From the NCBI GenBank assembly GCA_963836075.1, contig CAWIIB010000009.1:736001-800000 (forward strand): 64,000 nucleotides of DNA. The letters are read 5' to 3'. A program made the position numbers and the translations under genes. This DNA comes from an uncultured Acidobacteriota bacterium. Its GTDB lineage: Bacteria; Acidobacteriota; JAQAZP01. Shown one piece after another: positions 35,118 to 45,152 of this stretch; the first letter of the stretch is position 1; each line of letters begins with the position of its first letter. The notes under the pieces were generated by a model, which saw only the letters and a list, made by a program, of their open reading frames with translations, made no database searches and was not told where the DNA came from.

Positions 35118-36751
35118 GGAGTAACCCCCGTCACGGTGCAAACCGATGTCGCGGTGTCCCCGGCTGGCGGATAGGGCGGCTGGTTGTACGGTGCGGGGGT
35201 CACATCCTCCACCGCCAGGGCGAACAGGTTGTCGCCAATCAGCGAGCCCAGTGCCGGGATACTCTGAATCCAGGGGGCGACGAATTCGGCGCCCGGGCCC
35301 ACATTCGTGTGTCCCGCACGCCAGTTCGGGAAGTACTGCCCGTTGGCCAGCGTCGCGTCCAGCCGGCCGGCGATATTTCGAATCTGGCCGGTGTATTTGT
35401 TGGTCAGTGTCACCGTCATCGTCGTGGCAAACGGCACCGTGCCCGACCCTGGCTGGCAGGTCAATTCCGCTCCGATGGTCCCCAGCAGATTGACCAGGCC
35501 CGGGTAGTCCGGGGCATAGCGCTGAACCTTGAACACATTATTTTGCGTGGCATCCGGATAGGGGTTGATGTATTCCCATACGGTTTCACCCGCGGTGGTC
35601 ACTTCGAAAAAGGTCCCGGTCGCCCCCTCACAGATCACCGTGTTTCCGTCGGGCAGCCGCTGGGCCCCTGAAATGTGACCGGACATGAAGTATTCGGGGT
35701 CCGAGTAGATCCAGGTGGGACCCACTGGCCCGAAAGCTGAGCCGGGCACCATGGTGTAGTTGCCGCCGGCATCCACCGGGGGAACGATCTCGTCCACGCT
35801 GGAGTAGTCCCCGCCGGGTCGATTCAGGCCGTTGTTGAAGACCAGGATATTGCCCGCCCCGGGAGAGCCGGCCTCGATCCACTTCGCATCATGCTGATAC
35901 CAGAACATCCTTTCGCTCTCGGTGCCGGCATCGTACACCTGGGGATTCCCCCAGCGGTAGAGAATGCCACCACCCCTGCCGCTGTTCCCCCCGGTGTGGC
36001 CGGCGGCTTCTTCGGTGGTGGTGCTGTGATCGATCACGTAGATTTCGTTCATGCTGAGGGAGCTGACGATGATCTGGTCGAACTCCTCGTTGTAAGCCAC
36101 GGAATTGAAATGGAGCCAGTCATTGTTGTAGTTCCGCGTGTAGTTGAAGTCGAGCAGCTCGGGGTGGGCGGCCACCACGCCAAAATTGGTCTTGCCGCTG
36201 TCGAAGTCCTGGATCAAGTGGTCCCAGATGTGCCACTCCCAGACGATGTTGCCCTCTTTATCGCCCACCGGCTCGACCTCGACGATGGTCTCCAGCCAGA
36301 GGTTGCCCAGGTCCATCGTCTCCGGGTCCCGGCCGGCGGCGACGGCTTCGGCCACGGTTTTGTATTCGTAGGCAATCATCAGGATGTTACCGTTGGGCAG
36401 TGCTTCCACATCATGGTGCTGGTGGTGGTCGTCGTTCGAATAGTCGAAATCCCAGAGAACGGTCCCGTCCCAGGCAATTCTTTGTACATGCCCGCCCTGG
36501 CGCCGGGGAAAGACGAGATTTTCCTCGTAGTAGGTCCGCAGAATGGTCCCGTCCTCGAGCAGGTAGACACATGCTGCCGCGGTGTGCCCGTTCTCCCACG
36601 TATGCACCACCTGGCCATCCATATCGATCAGGTAGGTTGTGGTGGACTGCATCGGTGCGAACAGGGTGTATCCTTCGGACTGGGCTTGAACCGGATTGGA
36701 TGCGAGAAGGGCCAAAGCCACGAGGGCTACGAAAGGCAAAACATTCTTCAT
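35114..36751 (-). CDS. Secreted arylsulfotransferase (ASST-like) with PYNQPPYPP C-terminal domain
   Basis: Signal peptide; QHHD...LPNGN, DWLHFNS, YRWGNP and QHDA catalytic-type motifs. Confidence 0.85.
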   Translation of the reverse strand: MKNVLPFVALVALALLASNPVQAQSEGYTLFAPMQSTTTYLIDMDGQVVHTWENGHTAAACVYLLEDGTILRTYYEENLVFPRRQGGHVQRIAWDGTVLWDFDYSNDDHHQHHDVEALPNGNILMIAYEYKTVAEAVAAGRDPETMDLGNLWLETIVEVEPVGDKEGNIVWEWHIWDHLIQDFDSGKTNFGVVAAHPELLDFNYTRNYNNDWLHFNSVAYNEEFDQIIVSSLSMNEIYVIDHSTTTEEAAGHTGGNSGRGGGILYRWGNPQVYDAGTESERMFWYQHDAKWIEAGSPGAGNILVFNNGLNRPGGDYSSVDEIVPPVDAGGNYTMVPGSAFGPVGPTWIYSDPEYFMSGHISGAQRLPDGNTVICEGATGTFFEVTTAGETVWEYINPYPDATQNNVFKVQRYAPDYPGLVNLLGTIGAELTCQPGSGTVPFATTMTVTLTNKYTGQIRNIAGRLDATLANGQYFPNWRAGHTNVGPGAEFVAPWIQSIPALGSLIGDNLFALAVEDVTPAPYNQPPYPPAGDTATSVCTVTGVTP

Positions 36752-36967
36752 GGTAAATCCTTAAAATATTGAAACAACAAATTTCGGAAGGATGAACCAT
36801 AGCACAATACGATTGCAGCGGGCATACTTAATTACTGCCCATCAACAGGTTCGTCTCAATTGCCTGACCTGGAACGTAAGTGAAGAACGCACCTCTAAAC
36901 CAGCCATGAACAGCTCGACAGATCCGGGGATCCCTGTGCAACCGGCGAACGCACTCCAATCCAGGCC

Positions 36968-37090
36968 GGCAGCAACAGCACCCTCCTGGTCGCCGAGGAC
37001 GTGACGCCGGCGCCATACAACCAGCCACCATACCTGCCGTCGGGGGCTACAGACCAGGACAGCTGTACGGTTGAAGGGCTTTCACCGTAA
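36968..37090 (+). pseudogene. Orphan fragment of the PYNQPPYPP C-terminal domain
   Basis: GSNSTLLVAEDVTPAPYNQPPYLPSGATDQDSCTVEGLSP*; in-frame stop at 36896 and no start codon upstream of the motif. Confidence 0.8.
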
Positions 37091-37146
37091 GATCTGCCCT
37101 GACGGTGAAAATGTGAAAAAGGTGGCGGTCACCTGTTTCACCTTCA

Positions 37147-38298
37147 TCACCTTCTCCCCAACCGCTCCGCGGCAGCCTGCAGGGTTTCCATGCGCTTGCA
37201 GAAAGCGAAGCGCACCAGCTTTTGCCCCTCCTCGGGGTGGGCCCGGTAGAACACGCTGGGCGGAATGGCAGCCACCCCCTGCTCCTCGATGAGGGAGCGC
37301 ACGAAGGCACGATCATCCCCCTGGTGGATCGGGGTGAAGTCGGCGAGCACGAAGTAGGTGCCCTGGGGCGGCGCCGGTTTCAGTCCCGCCGCCTCCAGGG
37401 CCGCCAGCAGGAATCGCCGTTTCTCGCCGTAGTCGGCGATGAACGTTTTGTAGTAGCTATCCCCCAACTGGTCCAGCGCGTGGGCCACCGCCACCTGCAG
37501 CGGCGTGGCCGTGGCAAAGGTGACGAACTGGTGCGCGGCCTGGGCCGCGGCCACCAGGTTCGCCGGCCCGGTGGCCCAGCCTACCTTCCAGCCGGTGAAG
37601 GAGAAGGTTTTGCCCGCGCTGGACAGGGAAAGGGTGCGCTCCTTCATCCCCGGCAGCGTGGCCATGGGCACGTGTCTCGTCCCGTCGAATACCAGGTGCT
37701 CGTACACCTCGTCGGTGAGCACGATCACGTCGTGCTTCCGGCACAGCCCGGCAATGGCGGACAGCTCCTCCCCGTTGAACACCTTGCCCGTAGGGTTGTG
37801 CGGTGTGTTGAGCAGCAGCAGCCGCGTCCGGTCGCTAAACAGGGCGGCCAGCTCGTCCACATCGAGGGCGAACTCGGGGAATCTCAAGGTGCAGTAGCGG
37901 GGCGTTGCACCGGCCAGGGCCACGCAGGCGGGATAGCTGTCATAGAACGGCTCGAACAGAACGACCTCATCCCCCGGGTTGAGCAGACCCAGAAGGGATG
38001 ATGCGATTCCCTCGGTGGCGCCGCTGAACACGGTGATCTCGGTGTATGGATCAAGATGTATCCCGTAGTGCCGCTCCTGGTGCCGGGCAACGGCTTCCAC
38101 CAGCCTGGGGTGGCCCATGGACCGGGCATACTGGTTGTCCCCGGAGCGCAGTGCCGCCACGGCCGCATCCAGCACCTCGGACGGACCCTCGAAATCGGGA
38201 AATCCCTGGGAGAGGTTGATCGCCCCGTGCTGCTGGGCCAGGGCGGTCATCTCGCTGAAGATGGTGGTTCCGAAAGGCTTGAGCTTGTCTGAGATCAA
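37147..38298 (-). CDS. Class I/II PLP aminotransferase (YbdL/methionine aminotransferase-like)
   Basis: TTIFSEM, INLSQGFPD, NTPHNPTG, DEVY, SAGKTFSFTGWKVGW; TTG start behind GGAGG. Confidence 0.92.
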   Translation of the reverse strand: MISDKLKPFGTTIFSEMTALAQQHGAINLSQGFPDFEGPSEVLDAAVAALRSGDNQYARSMGHPRLVEAVARHQERHYGIHLDPYTEITVFSGATEGIASSLLGLLNPGDEVVLFEPFYDSYPACVALAGATPRYCTLRFPEFALDVDELAALFSDRTRLLLLNTPHNPTGKVFNGEELSAIAGLCRKHDVIVLTDEVYEHLVFDGTRHVPMATLPGMKERTLSLSSAGKTFSFTGWKVGWATGPANLVAAAQAAHQFVTFATATPLQVAVAHALDQLGDSYYKTFIADYGEKRRFLLAALEAAGLKPAPPQGTYFVLADFTPIHQGDDRAFVRSLIEEQGVAAIPPSVFYRAHPEEGQKLVRFAFCKRMETLQAAAERLGRR

Positions 38299-38575
38299 GA
38301 GTGCGATTCCTCCATGTTGGCGAAGGTCAATCTCCTGGATCGTAACCTGCATGATAATCAGAGCGCGCGGGAGTGCAAGCGCCCGGACGAACCGTGACCA
38401 GCCCGGGCCGAAGTTACATCGGGCTAAATCTGGATTGATTATAAAGATCATGATCGCTAGTTATACAGTTATCTACGTCCCCCTGTGTCATTCCGACACG
38501 CAAAATTCACCCACCCCGCAGCTTCTCTGCGCCCCTCATTGCCCCTGTTCAGGTAAAAAATATCAGCATTTCCTA

Positions 38576-38604
38576 TTGACATAGTATTGTTAGAAGACTA
38601 TATT
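38576..38604 (+). promoter_or_regulatory. Near-consensus sigma70 promoter
   Basis: TTGACA-N17-TATATT upstream of the 38772 ORF. Confidence 0.75.
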
Positions 38605-38771
38605 CCACTTAGCAATGATGATCGTTTAAGTAGATCATTCTCGTAAGACACTTAATATAAATGAGATGTGGAATCTCACACACTTTGGGACGTGCAGCGA
38701 CAATGAGCAGTTAGAGTAAGCTAACAATCTGCCGGCCCCAATTACATGCTTCCGCGATGAGGGTTAACACA

Positions 38772-40769
38772 ATGAAAACAGCCACCGCAACCAGGACAAA
38801 ATCAAGAACAAAAACAAGGACAAGAAAGAAAACCACCAAAAAGAGCGTGACAAGGGCCTCGAAAACGAAAGCGACCACCGAAGCCATGGTCAGCCCGGAG
38901 CAGAAACTCGCCCTGCAGGTGGAACTGATTCTCCGCGACTGCTGCTGTCACCTCCCCGAGGACAGCCGGAAAATAATCGACTTCCTCAAAACCAATTACT
39001 ACACCAAAATCAATGCCGCACTTCCCGAGATGATCACCGATCTCAAGCAGAGAGACATGCTTCTGGAAGTCTCCCGCGAAGTGGGCCGGGAGATCGTCAG
39101 CGAAAAGGGGACCTCCCGCTGCTGCACCCCCGACCGGCTGCGCCGGGTGGCCCGCAAGTTCGAAGAGCTGCTGGACCAGGCCCTGCTGGACAACCACCAC
39201 CGGTTCCTCAACGATGCGCTGCGCAAGGGCACGCTCCAGCTGGGCCCGGCAGGCAAGGACGTGCCCCTGACCCCGAAGTTCGAGAAGCTGATCAACGCGG
39301 TGCTGGACAACAACTACTACTTCATGCAGAGCTACTACCACCGGGCGCTCTCCAGCGTGCTGAAGAACCTGAACAGCACCCGGGGCCGCAAGACCCAGGA
39401 AAAGGTCCGCCGGCTGAAGACCGAGATTTTCGAGGCCAACAGCTTCCCCGAAAAGATGATCGAGTATTACCTCGACCGGGAGACCATCTCCTACGAAGAG
39501 CTGAAAGACCTGCACGACTATGCGAGGAAGACCGGCGTCTCCCTGGTGCCGCGTGATATCGGCCGGGCGCGCAAGAGTATCGTCGCCGCCCGCACCTCGA
39601 TCCTGCGCCGCGCCGGCGGGATGACCCCGGCGAAGAAAAAGAACCTCGAGCGCCTGCTCCACGCCGGCTTCAGCCAGGACCTGGCCCAGAAGATCGCCGA
39701 CAACCCGAGGCTCACCTCGGTGGACAAGATGCTCAAAACGTATGCCCAGGCGTGCGTGCAGACCGACAAGAACGTCCACCTCTTCCGGGTCAGCTCCCAC
39801 TCCCGGGCGTTCAAGAAGGCGCTGCAGTCCGAATTTGTCCGCTACCTCAACGGAACCCACTACTACCTCTTCAACCGCAACCGGCTGACCAGCCTGCTCA
39901 AGGACCTCAACGCCGAATACATCCGGGGCGAACTGAACCGGATCTTCAAGCGCAAGATCGAGAGCGAGCGGTTCCTCAAGCGGCTGACCACCATGCGCAC
40001 CTTCCGCAAGATGAAGCTCTTCCAGTATGACGGGATCCAGCGGAAGAACGGGGTGCCGATCAGCAGCGTCACCCGCTTGAACAAGGACGAGTACGAGGAC
40101 AAGGTCAAGGAGGTCTTCAAGCACCTGGTGGAGTCCCACGAGCTGGAGCTGCCGCTCGCCGAGCTGCGCAAGGCCTTCAAGGCCGAGCAGAAGGCCGAGG
40201 CGGCTGCGGCCATCGCTCCGGAAAGGACCTTCGAGGAAGAGATGCTCTTCCGGCTGGTCTTCATCCTCGACGAGGGTCTGGCCCCGGAACAGAAAATGGT
40301 TGACGCGGGATGGCTGAAACCGGGCTCGAACCTGCGTAACAAAATCCTCGAGCGGCGCACCAAGCTGGAAAAGAAGGTCTCGTCCTTTGCCAACCGGGTT
40401 TTCCGTGTGGAGAGCTACCGCCAGCGGTTCAAGCGCAACCCGAAAAAACTCATCGGCTACCTGCACAAGCACCTTGATGACTGCTCCCGGCTGGAGAAGG
40501 GCTTTCTGCTGCAGCAGATCTATGTCGGCGCGCAGGAGGGAACCCCGAATAGCCGCGTCTACCGCGAGGTGATCGACAACTTCCACAGTCTCGAGCCGAC
40601 GATCAGCGACAGTGACCGCGTCGACGCTTTTCTCAAGGCGGTCTACGAGCTGCCGGCCCTCGACCAGCACGCCCGGGAATTCTACTTCCGCAACGCCCGG
40701 CTGCGCCTGCTGGCCGGCCTGGCCCGCAAGCGGACCCCGGACTCCGGCGACATCCGGTTGGAGAACTGA
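38772..40769 (+). CDS. Large basic alpha-helical protein of unknown function with a Lys/Thr/Arg-rich N-terminal tail
   Basis: 665-aa ORF with host-like GC3, own promoter and downstream hairpin; no family recognised. Confidence 0.85.
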   Translation: MKTATATRTKSRTKTRTRKKTTKKSVTRASKTKATTEAMVSPEQKLALQVELILRDCCCHLPEDSRKIIDFLKTNYYTKINAALPEMITDLKQRDMLLEVSREVGREIVSEKGTSRCCTPDRLRRVARKFEELLDQALLDNHHRFLNDALRKGTLQLGPAGKDVPLTPKFEKLINAVLDNNYYFMQSYYHRALSSVLKNLNSTRGRKTQEKVRRLKTEIFEANSFPEKMIEYYLDRETISYEELKDLHDYARKTGVSLVPRDIGRARKSIVAARTSILRRAGGMTPAKKKNLERLLHAGFSQDLAQKIADNPRLTSVDKMLKTYAQACVQTDKNVHLFRVSSHSRAFKKALQSEFVRYLNGTHYYLFNRNRLTSLLKDLNAEYIRGELNRIFKRKIESERFLKRLTTMRTFRKMKLFQYDGIQRKNGVPISSVTRLNKDEYEDKVKEVFKHLVESHELELPLAELRKAFKAEQKAEAAAAIAPERTFEEEMLFRLVFILDEGLAPEQKMVDAGWLKPGSNLRNKILERRTKLEKKVSSFANRVFRVESYRQRFKRNPKKLIGYLHKHLDDCSRLEKGFLLQQIYVGAQEGTPNSRVYREVIDNFHSLEPTISDSDRVDAFLKAVYELPALDQHAREFYFRNARLRLLAGLARKRTPDSGDIRLEN

Positions 40770-40781
40770 TTATAAAGTCTC

Positions 40782-40834
40782 AAAAAGGGTGACCGTCTCC
40801 TGATAAAGAACCAGGTGACGGTCACCCTTTTTTT
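40782..40834. terminator. Bidirectional hairpin built from GGTGAC(C/G)GTC(A/T)CC units
   Basis: AAAAAGGGTGACCGTCTCCTG-loop-CAGGTGACGGTCACCCTTTTTTT. Confidence 0.7.
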
Positions 40835-40849
40835 GTCCCGACCTTGCCA

Positions 40850-41008
40850 TGTCTCATAAATGTCTCGCTCGCCACATAGAGACACCCCAACGGCTCACTG
40901 AGACAACCCCACCGACCCTCTCCTGATACACCAACACTCAGCAATCAGTTTAACAGACTTGGAATCAACTTCTTGCATCAAACCATTCAAGGTGGCACAC
41001 GGAATGCA
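40850..41008 (+). promoter_or_regulatory. Sigma54 promoter with upstream TGTCTC/GAGACA enhancer-like sites
   Basis: TGGCAC-ACGGA-ATGCA at 40993-41008 (GG and GC 12 nt apart); TGTCTC x2 and GAGACA x2 at 40850-40905. Confidence 0.65.
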
Positions 41009-41060
41009 AAGCGGTGATATGGTCCTCACTACAGCAGACCGACTCTGGAGGCAGGATAGA

Positions 41061-41309
41061 ATGGCTGAGACATACAACGAGAACCTGCTCAAGGTGCTCA
41101 GGCTGACCAGGGAAATGCTGGCCACTGCCGATGAGGGAGACCGGGACCGCAATGACGACTCCTGCGGCATCCTTTATGGAATCCTTCGCGACATGGCCTA
41201 CCGCCTCCGCTCGCTCACCGAAGAGGAGTGTCAAAAGCACAAAACTACCGGCAAATGGTCGGATGAAAATGAAGAAGCAACGATAACCACTTCAAAGGAA
41301 AGGGATTGA
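41061..41309 (+). CDS. Small hypothetical protein leading the oxidative-stress operon
   Basis: 82-aa helical ORF (ADEGD...SCGILYG.LRD.AY) with RBS; abuts ahpC. Confidence 0.75.
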   Translation: MAETYNENLLKVLRLTREMLATADEGDRDRNDDSCGILYGILRDMAYRLRSLTEEECQKHKTTGKWSDENEEATITTSKERD

Positions 41310-41311
41310 CT

Positions 41312-41902
41312 ATGCCTACTCTGGTAACCAAGGAAGCCCCCGATTTCACCGCCACCGCCGTGATGGGCGACAACAGCTTTAACGAGGAGTACAAGCTCGG
41401 CGATCTCCGAGGCAAGTACGCCGTAGTCTTCTTCTATCCCCTCGACTTCACCTTTGTCTGCCCCTCGGAGATCATCGCCTTTGACAAGGCCTACGAGAAG
41501 TTTCAGGCCAAGAACTGTGAGCTGGTGGGTGTCTCGGTGGACTCCCATTTCTCCCACTGGGCCTGGAAGAACACCCCGGTTGATCAGGGTGGCATCGGGC
41601 AGGTAAAATTCCCGCTGGTGGCCGACCTGACCAAGCAGATTTCCCGCGACTACGGCGTTCTGTTCAACGATGCCATCGCCCTGCGGGGCCTCTTCCTGAT
41701 CGACAAGGAAGGTATTGTCCGTCACGCCGTGATCAACGACCTGCCGCTGGGCCGCAACGTGGACGAAGTGCTGCGGATGCTCGACGCGCTGCAGTTCACC
41801 GAAAAGCACGGCGATGTCTGCCCGGCCAACTGGCGCGAAGGCGACGAGGCGATGAAGCCCACCGCCGAGGGCGTGGCCGAATACCTCTCGAAAAACGCCT
41901 GA
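41312..41902 (+). CDS. ahpC: 2-Cys peroxiredoxin (AhpC/TsaA)
   Basis: FYPLDFTFVCPSE and VCPANW. Confidence 0.95.
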   Translation: MPTLVTKEAPDFTATAVMGDNSFNEEYKLGDLRGKYAVVFFYPLDFTFVCPSEIIAFDKAYEKFQAKNCELVGVSVDSHFSHWAWKNTPVDQGGIGQVKFPLVADLTKQISRDYGVLFNDAIALRGLFLIDKEGIVRHAVINDLPLGRNVDEVLRMLDALQFTEKHGDVCPANWREGDEAMKPTAEGVAEYLSKNA

Positions 41903-41980
41903 CCTGCTGACCGGAAATGCCGCGGCAGGGTAATCCGTCCTGCCGCGGCGGTTTATTGCGGATTGATGAGGAAAGATAGG

Positions 41981-42358
41981 ATGAAAATCGAGAGAAACCA
42001 GGTCTTCCGGTGCGAGCATTGTGGTAATATCGCCGACGTCCTCCACGGTGGCGGACCAAAGCTCTTCTGTTGTGGCAAGCCGATGGTCCTCCTCGAGGAG
42101 AACACCGTGGACGCCGCAGTGGAAAAGCACGTTCCGGTGGTCACCAAAGTTGGCGGCGGATTCAAGGTGGCCGTGGGCGACGTGGCCCACCCGATGGCCG
42201 ATGACCACAATATCGAGTGGATCGAAGTGCTGGCCGGCAGTGCCGTGCACCGCCAGTTTCTCAACCCCGGCGAGGCGCCGGAAGCATTCTTCGCGCTGGG
42301 AGCCGACAGCGTGACGGCCCGCGCCTACTGCAACCTCCACGGCTTCTGGAAAAGCTAG
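41981..42358 (+). CDS. dfx: Desulfoferrodoxin (2Fe superoxide reductase)
   Basis: CEHCGN..CCG, EKHVP, HPM..H.IEWI, YCNLHG. Confidence 0.95.
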   Translation: MKIERNQVFRCEHCGNIADVLHGGGPKLFCCGKPMVLLEENTVDAAVEKHVPVVTKVGGGFKVAVGDVAHPMADDHNIEWIEVLAGSAVHRQFLNPGEAPEAFFALGADSVTARAYCNLHGFWKS

Positions 42359-42369
42359 AGGAAAAAGTT

Positions 42370-42891
42370 ATGTTGAATGAAACCGTTGAAAAGAAACTCA
42401 ATTCACAGATCAACGCCGAGCTCTTTTCGGCTTATCTCTACTATTCGATGGCCAACTACTTCGAGTCGATCAGCCTCTCCGGTGCGGCTCATTGGATGCG
42501 CAACCAGGTGATGGAAGAGCTGATTCACGTGCAGAAGTTCGTGACCTACGTCAACGAGCGCCGGGGCACGGTGAAGCTGGAGGCCATCGAGGGCCCGCAG
42601 GTCGAGTGGAAGACGCCGCTGGACGCCTTCGAGGCGGCCTACGAGCACGAGATCCACATCACCGGGCGGATCAACAAGCTGCTCGACGTGGCCCTGAAAG
42701 AGAGCGACCACGCCACCGCCAACTTCCTGCAGTGGTTCGTGGCCGAGCAGGTGGAAGAGGAAGCTTCGGCCGACGCCATCGTGCAGCAGCTGAAGATGGT
42801 GGGGGACAACAAGGGCGGTCTGTTCATGGTGGACAAGGAACTGGCCGGCCGCACCGTGACCCTTCCCCCCGAGCTGACCGGCGGGGCATAA
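42370..42891 (+). CDS. ftnA: Non-heme ferritin
   Basis: QINAELFSAYLY, EE..H, HE, FLQWFVAEQVEEE. Confidence 0.93.
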   Translation: MLNETVEKKLNSQINAELFSAYLYYSMANYFESISLSGAAHWMRNQVMEELIHVQKFVTYVNERRGTVKLEAIEGPQVEWKTPLDAFEAAYEHEIHITGRINKLLDVALKESDHATANFLQWFVAEQVEEEASADAIVQQLKMVGDNKGGLFMVDKELAGRTVTLPPELTGGA

Positions 42892-43021
42892 CCCCCAGGC
42901 GGCCCTGTTCGTGACCCGGAAACAGTTCCGCACGGTCCGGCCTCCGGGCCGGCCGTGCGGTCATGTTTAAAAAGTACTGGTTTTTCATATTTATCAACCC
43001 ATTCCGGAACAGGAGTCGAAC

Positions 43022-43477
43022 ATGAGTGACTGGAATTCCATCGATGAGATCTTTGACTTCGCCATCAAGAACGAAGTGGAGGCAGCCGCCTTCTACCGCG
43101 ACCTGGTGACCAAGAGCGACAGCGCCCAGATCCGGACCATCTTCGAGGGCTTCGCCCGCGAGGAGGACGGACACAAGGCCAAACTGGAGCGGGTCCGGGC
43201 CGGCGGCGAGTTCAAGATGCCCAAGGAAAAGATCATGGATCTCAAGATCGCCGACTACCTGGTGGACGTGGAGCCCGAGGAAGGCACCGACTACCAGCGG
43301 GCGCTGATCCTGGCCATGCACAAGGAAAAGGCCGCTTTCAAGCTCTACACCGACCTCGCCGCTGCCGCCGACGACCAGAAGGTCAAGGACCTGATGATGT
43401 CGCTGGCCAACGAGGAAGCAAAGCACAAGCTGCGTTTCGAGATCGAGTACGACGACAACATCCTGATGGAAAACTGA
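43022..43477 (+). CDS. Rubrerythrin-like ferritin-superfamily di-iron protein
   Basis: Duplicated E..A..FY / EExxH motifs. Confidence 0.88.
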   Translation: MSDWNSIDEIFDFAIKNEVEAAAFYRDLVTKSDSAQIRTIFEGFAREEDGHKAKLERVRAGGEFKMPKEKIMDLKIADYLVDVEPEEGTDYQRALILAMHKEKAAFKLYTDLAAAADDQKVKDLMMSLANEEAKHKLRFEIEYDDNILMEN

Positions 43478-43625
43478 CCCACCGGTAGCCAGCGGCGGCC
43501 GCCGGCCAGCTGAGCCGACCGTCCCGGGAGGCAGGGCAGCGAAACGCCCGCTTCCCGGGGTCCGGCCGACCGCGGCCAGGGGCTGCCACAGCTGAGCACC
43601 CCTGGAAGCGAGACGCTCACCGCTG

Positions 43626-44834
43626 ATGAACAACCGTCTTCTGGACAATATCCACTGGGTGGGTTACGTCGACTGGACCGTGAGAGACTTTCACGGGTAC
43701 GAAACGTCGCACGGCACCACCTACAACGCCTACCTCGTCCGCGACGAGAAAACCGCTCTGATCGACACCGCCAAGGAATCCTTCGCCGACAAGCTGCTGT
43801 CCAACATCTCGGCCCTGGCCGACCCGGCCGACATCGACTACATCGTCTGCAACCATGCCGAACCGGATCACGCCGGCGCCTTCCCGGCGATGGTCAAAGC
43901 CTGTCCGCGGGCCGAGGTAGTCTGCAACGCCAAGGGCAAGGCCGCTCTGGAAAAGCACCACGACACCTCTGACTGGAAGTGGCGGGTGGTGGAGGATGGT
44001 GAATCGATCCCCCTCGGCAAAAATCGCACGCTGCGGTTCCACGACACGCCCATGGCCCACTGGCCGGAGTCGATGGTCACCTTCATCCCCGAAGAGAAGC
44101 TGCTCTTCTCCATGGACATCTTCGGCCAGCACTTCGCCTCGGCCGGAAGGTTCGAGGAGGAGGAGCCCTTTGACGTGATCATGCAGGAGGCCAAGACCTA
44201 CTTCGCCAACATCCTGATGCTCTACGGCCCCATGGTGACCAGGAACCTGAACAAGCTGGCCACGCTGGAACCGGAGATCATCGCCCCCAGCCACGGGGTG
44301 ATCTGGCGCGGCAAGGTCCCCACCATCCTCGAGGCCTACCACCGGTGGGCAGAGCACAAACCCGAGCCCAAGGTGCTGGTGATCTACGACTCGATGTGGA
44401 AGAGCACCGAGAAGATGGCCCACGCGATCCTCGACGGGGCCGCGGTCTCCGGCGTGGAGGCCAAACTGTTCCACATCCGCTCAAGCAACATCACCACCCT
44501 GGCCACCGAGACCCTGGACGCCGCGGCCATCGCCTTCGGCTCCTCGACCCTCAACGCCACCCTGATGCCCCAGGCCGCCGCGGTGCTGACCTACCTCAAG
44601 GGGCTCAAGCCGTTGCGCAAAGCGGGGTTCGCTTTCGGCTCCTACGGCTGGACCAAGGCGGGGATCAAGGACGTGGAGCGCTACCTGGAATCGATGAAGT
44701 TCGACCTGCTGCGCGAGCCGTTGGTCTCGCAGTATGTGCCCGATGCTGACAAGCTGGAGGAGTGCCGCCAGGCCGGGGCACTGCTGGCCCGCAGAGCCCT
44801 GGAAGTGACCGGTGCCACGGAGGAGGTTTCCTGA
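43626..44834 (+). CDS. fprA: Flavodiiron protein (FprA/ROO)
   Basis: GTTYNAY, HAEPDH, HWPESM, PSHG, flavodoxin YDSMW and FGSYGW. Confidence 0.95.
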   Translation: MNNRLLDNIHWVGYVDWTVRDFHGYETSHGTTYNAYLVRDEKTALIDTAKESFADKLLSNISALADPADIDYIVCNHAEPDHAGAFPAMVKACPRAEVVCNAKGKAALEKHHDTSDWKWRVVEDGESIPLGKNRTLRFHDTPMAHWPESMVTFIPEEKLLFSMDIFGQHFASAGRFEEEEPFDVIMQEAKTYFANILMLYGPMVTRNLNKLATLEPEIIAPSHGVIWRGKVPTILEAYHRWAEHKPEPKVLVIYDSMWKSTEKMAHAILDGAAVSGVEAKLFHIRSSNITTLATETLDAAAIAFGSSTLNATLMPQAAAVLTYLKGLKPLRKAGFAFGSYGWTKAGIKDVERYLESMKFDLLREPLVSQYVPDADKLEECRQAGALLARRALEVTGATEEVS

Positions 44835-44995
44835 TGCAAAGCTACGTTTGTGAGATCTGCAACTACGTCTATAATCCGGAAACAGGGGACGAGGACACCG
44901 GCATCGCCCCGGGGACGGCCTTCAAGGATATCCCCGAAGGCTGGCTCTGCCCCATCTGCGGCGCGGAAAAGGACCAGTTCTCACCGGTTGAATAG
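44834..44995 (+). CDS. Rubredoxin
   Basis: CEICNYVY...PGTAF..IPEGWLCPICG; AGGAGG RBS. Confidence 0.95.
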   Translation: MQSYVCEICNYVYNPETGDEDTGIAPGTAFKDIPEGWLCPICGAEKDQFSPVE

Positions 44996-45011
44996 TTCAA
45001 ATTCGAAATTC

Positions 45012-45123
45012 GGGGACGTACATGAATATATGAAATTTTCGCAGTTGTTTGCAGGCTAGCCGTTGCTCAATGCCCATGCAGGTCAACGGATTGCAAAAAA
45101 TTCATATATTCATGTACGTCCCC
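45012..45123. repeat. GGGGACGTACATGAATATATGAA-TIR element, copy B
   Basis: 112-bp element with perfect TIRs, between rubredoxin and rubrerythrin. Confidence 0.85.
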
Positions 45124-45152
45124 AAACTCCAAACTCCGGAGGCCAACAGACC

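Noticed and set aside
36968-37090. DGR template repeat for the PYNQPPYPP tail
   Set aside because: Differences from the coding copies are not adenine-specific and no reverse transcriptase is present
38802-40670. 622-aa - strand ORF
   Set aside because: Antisense shadow; promoter, codon bias and terminator favour the + strand ORF
43478-43625. Riboswitch in the GC-rich hairpin region before fprA
   Set aside because: Hairpins are present but I found no recognisable aptamer consensus; such structure is expected at this GC content
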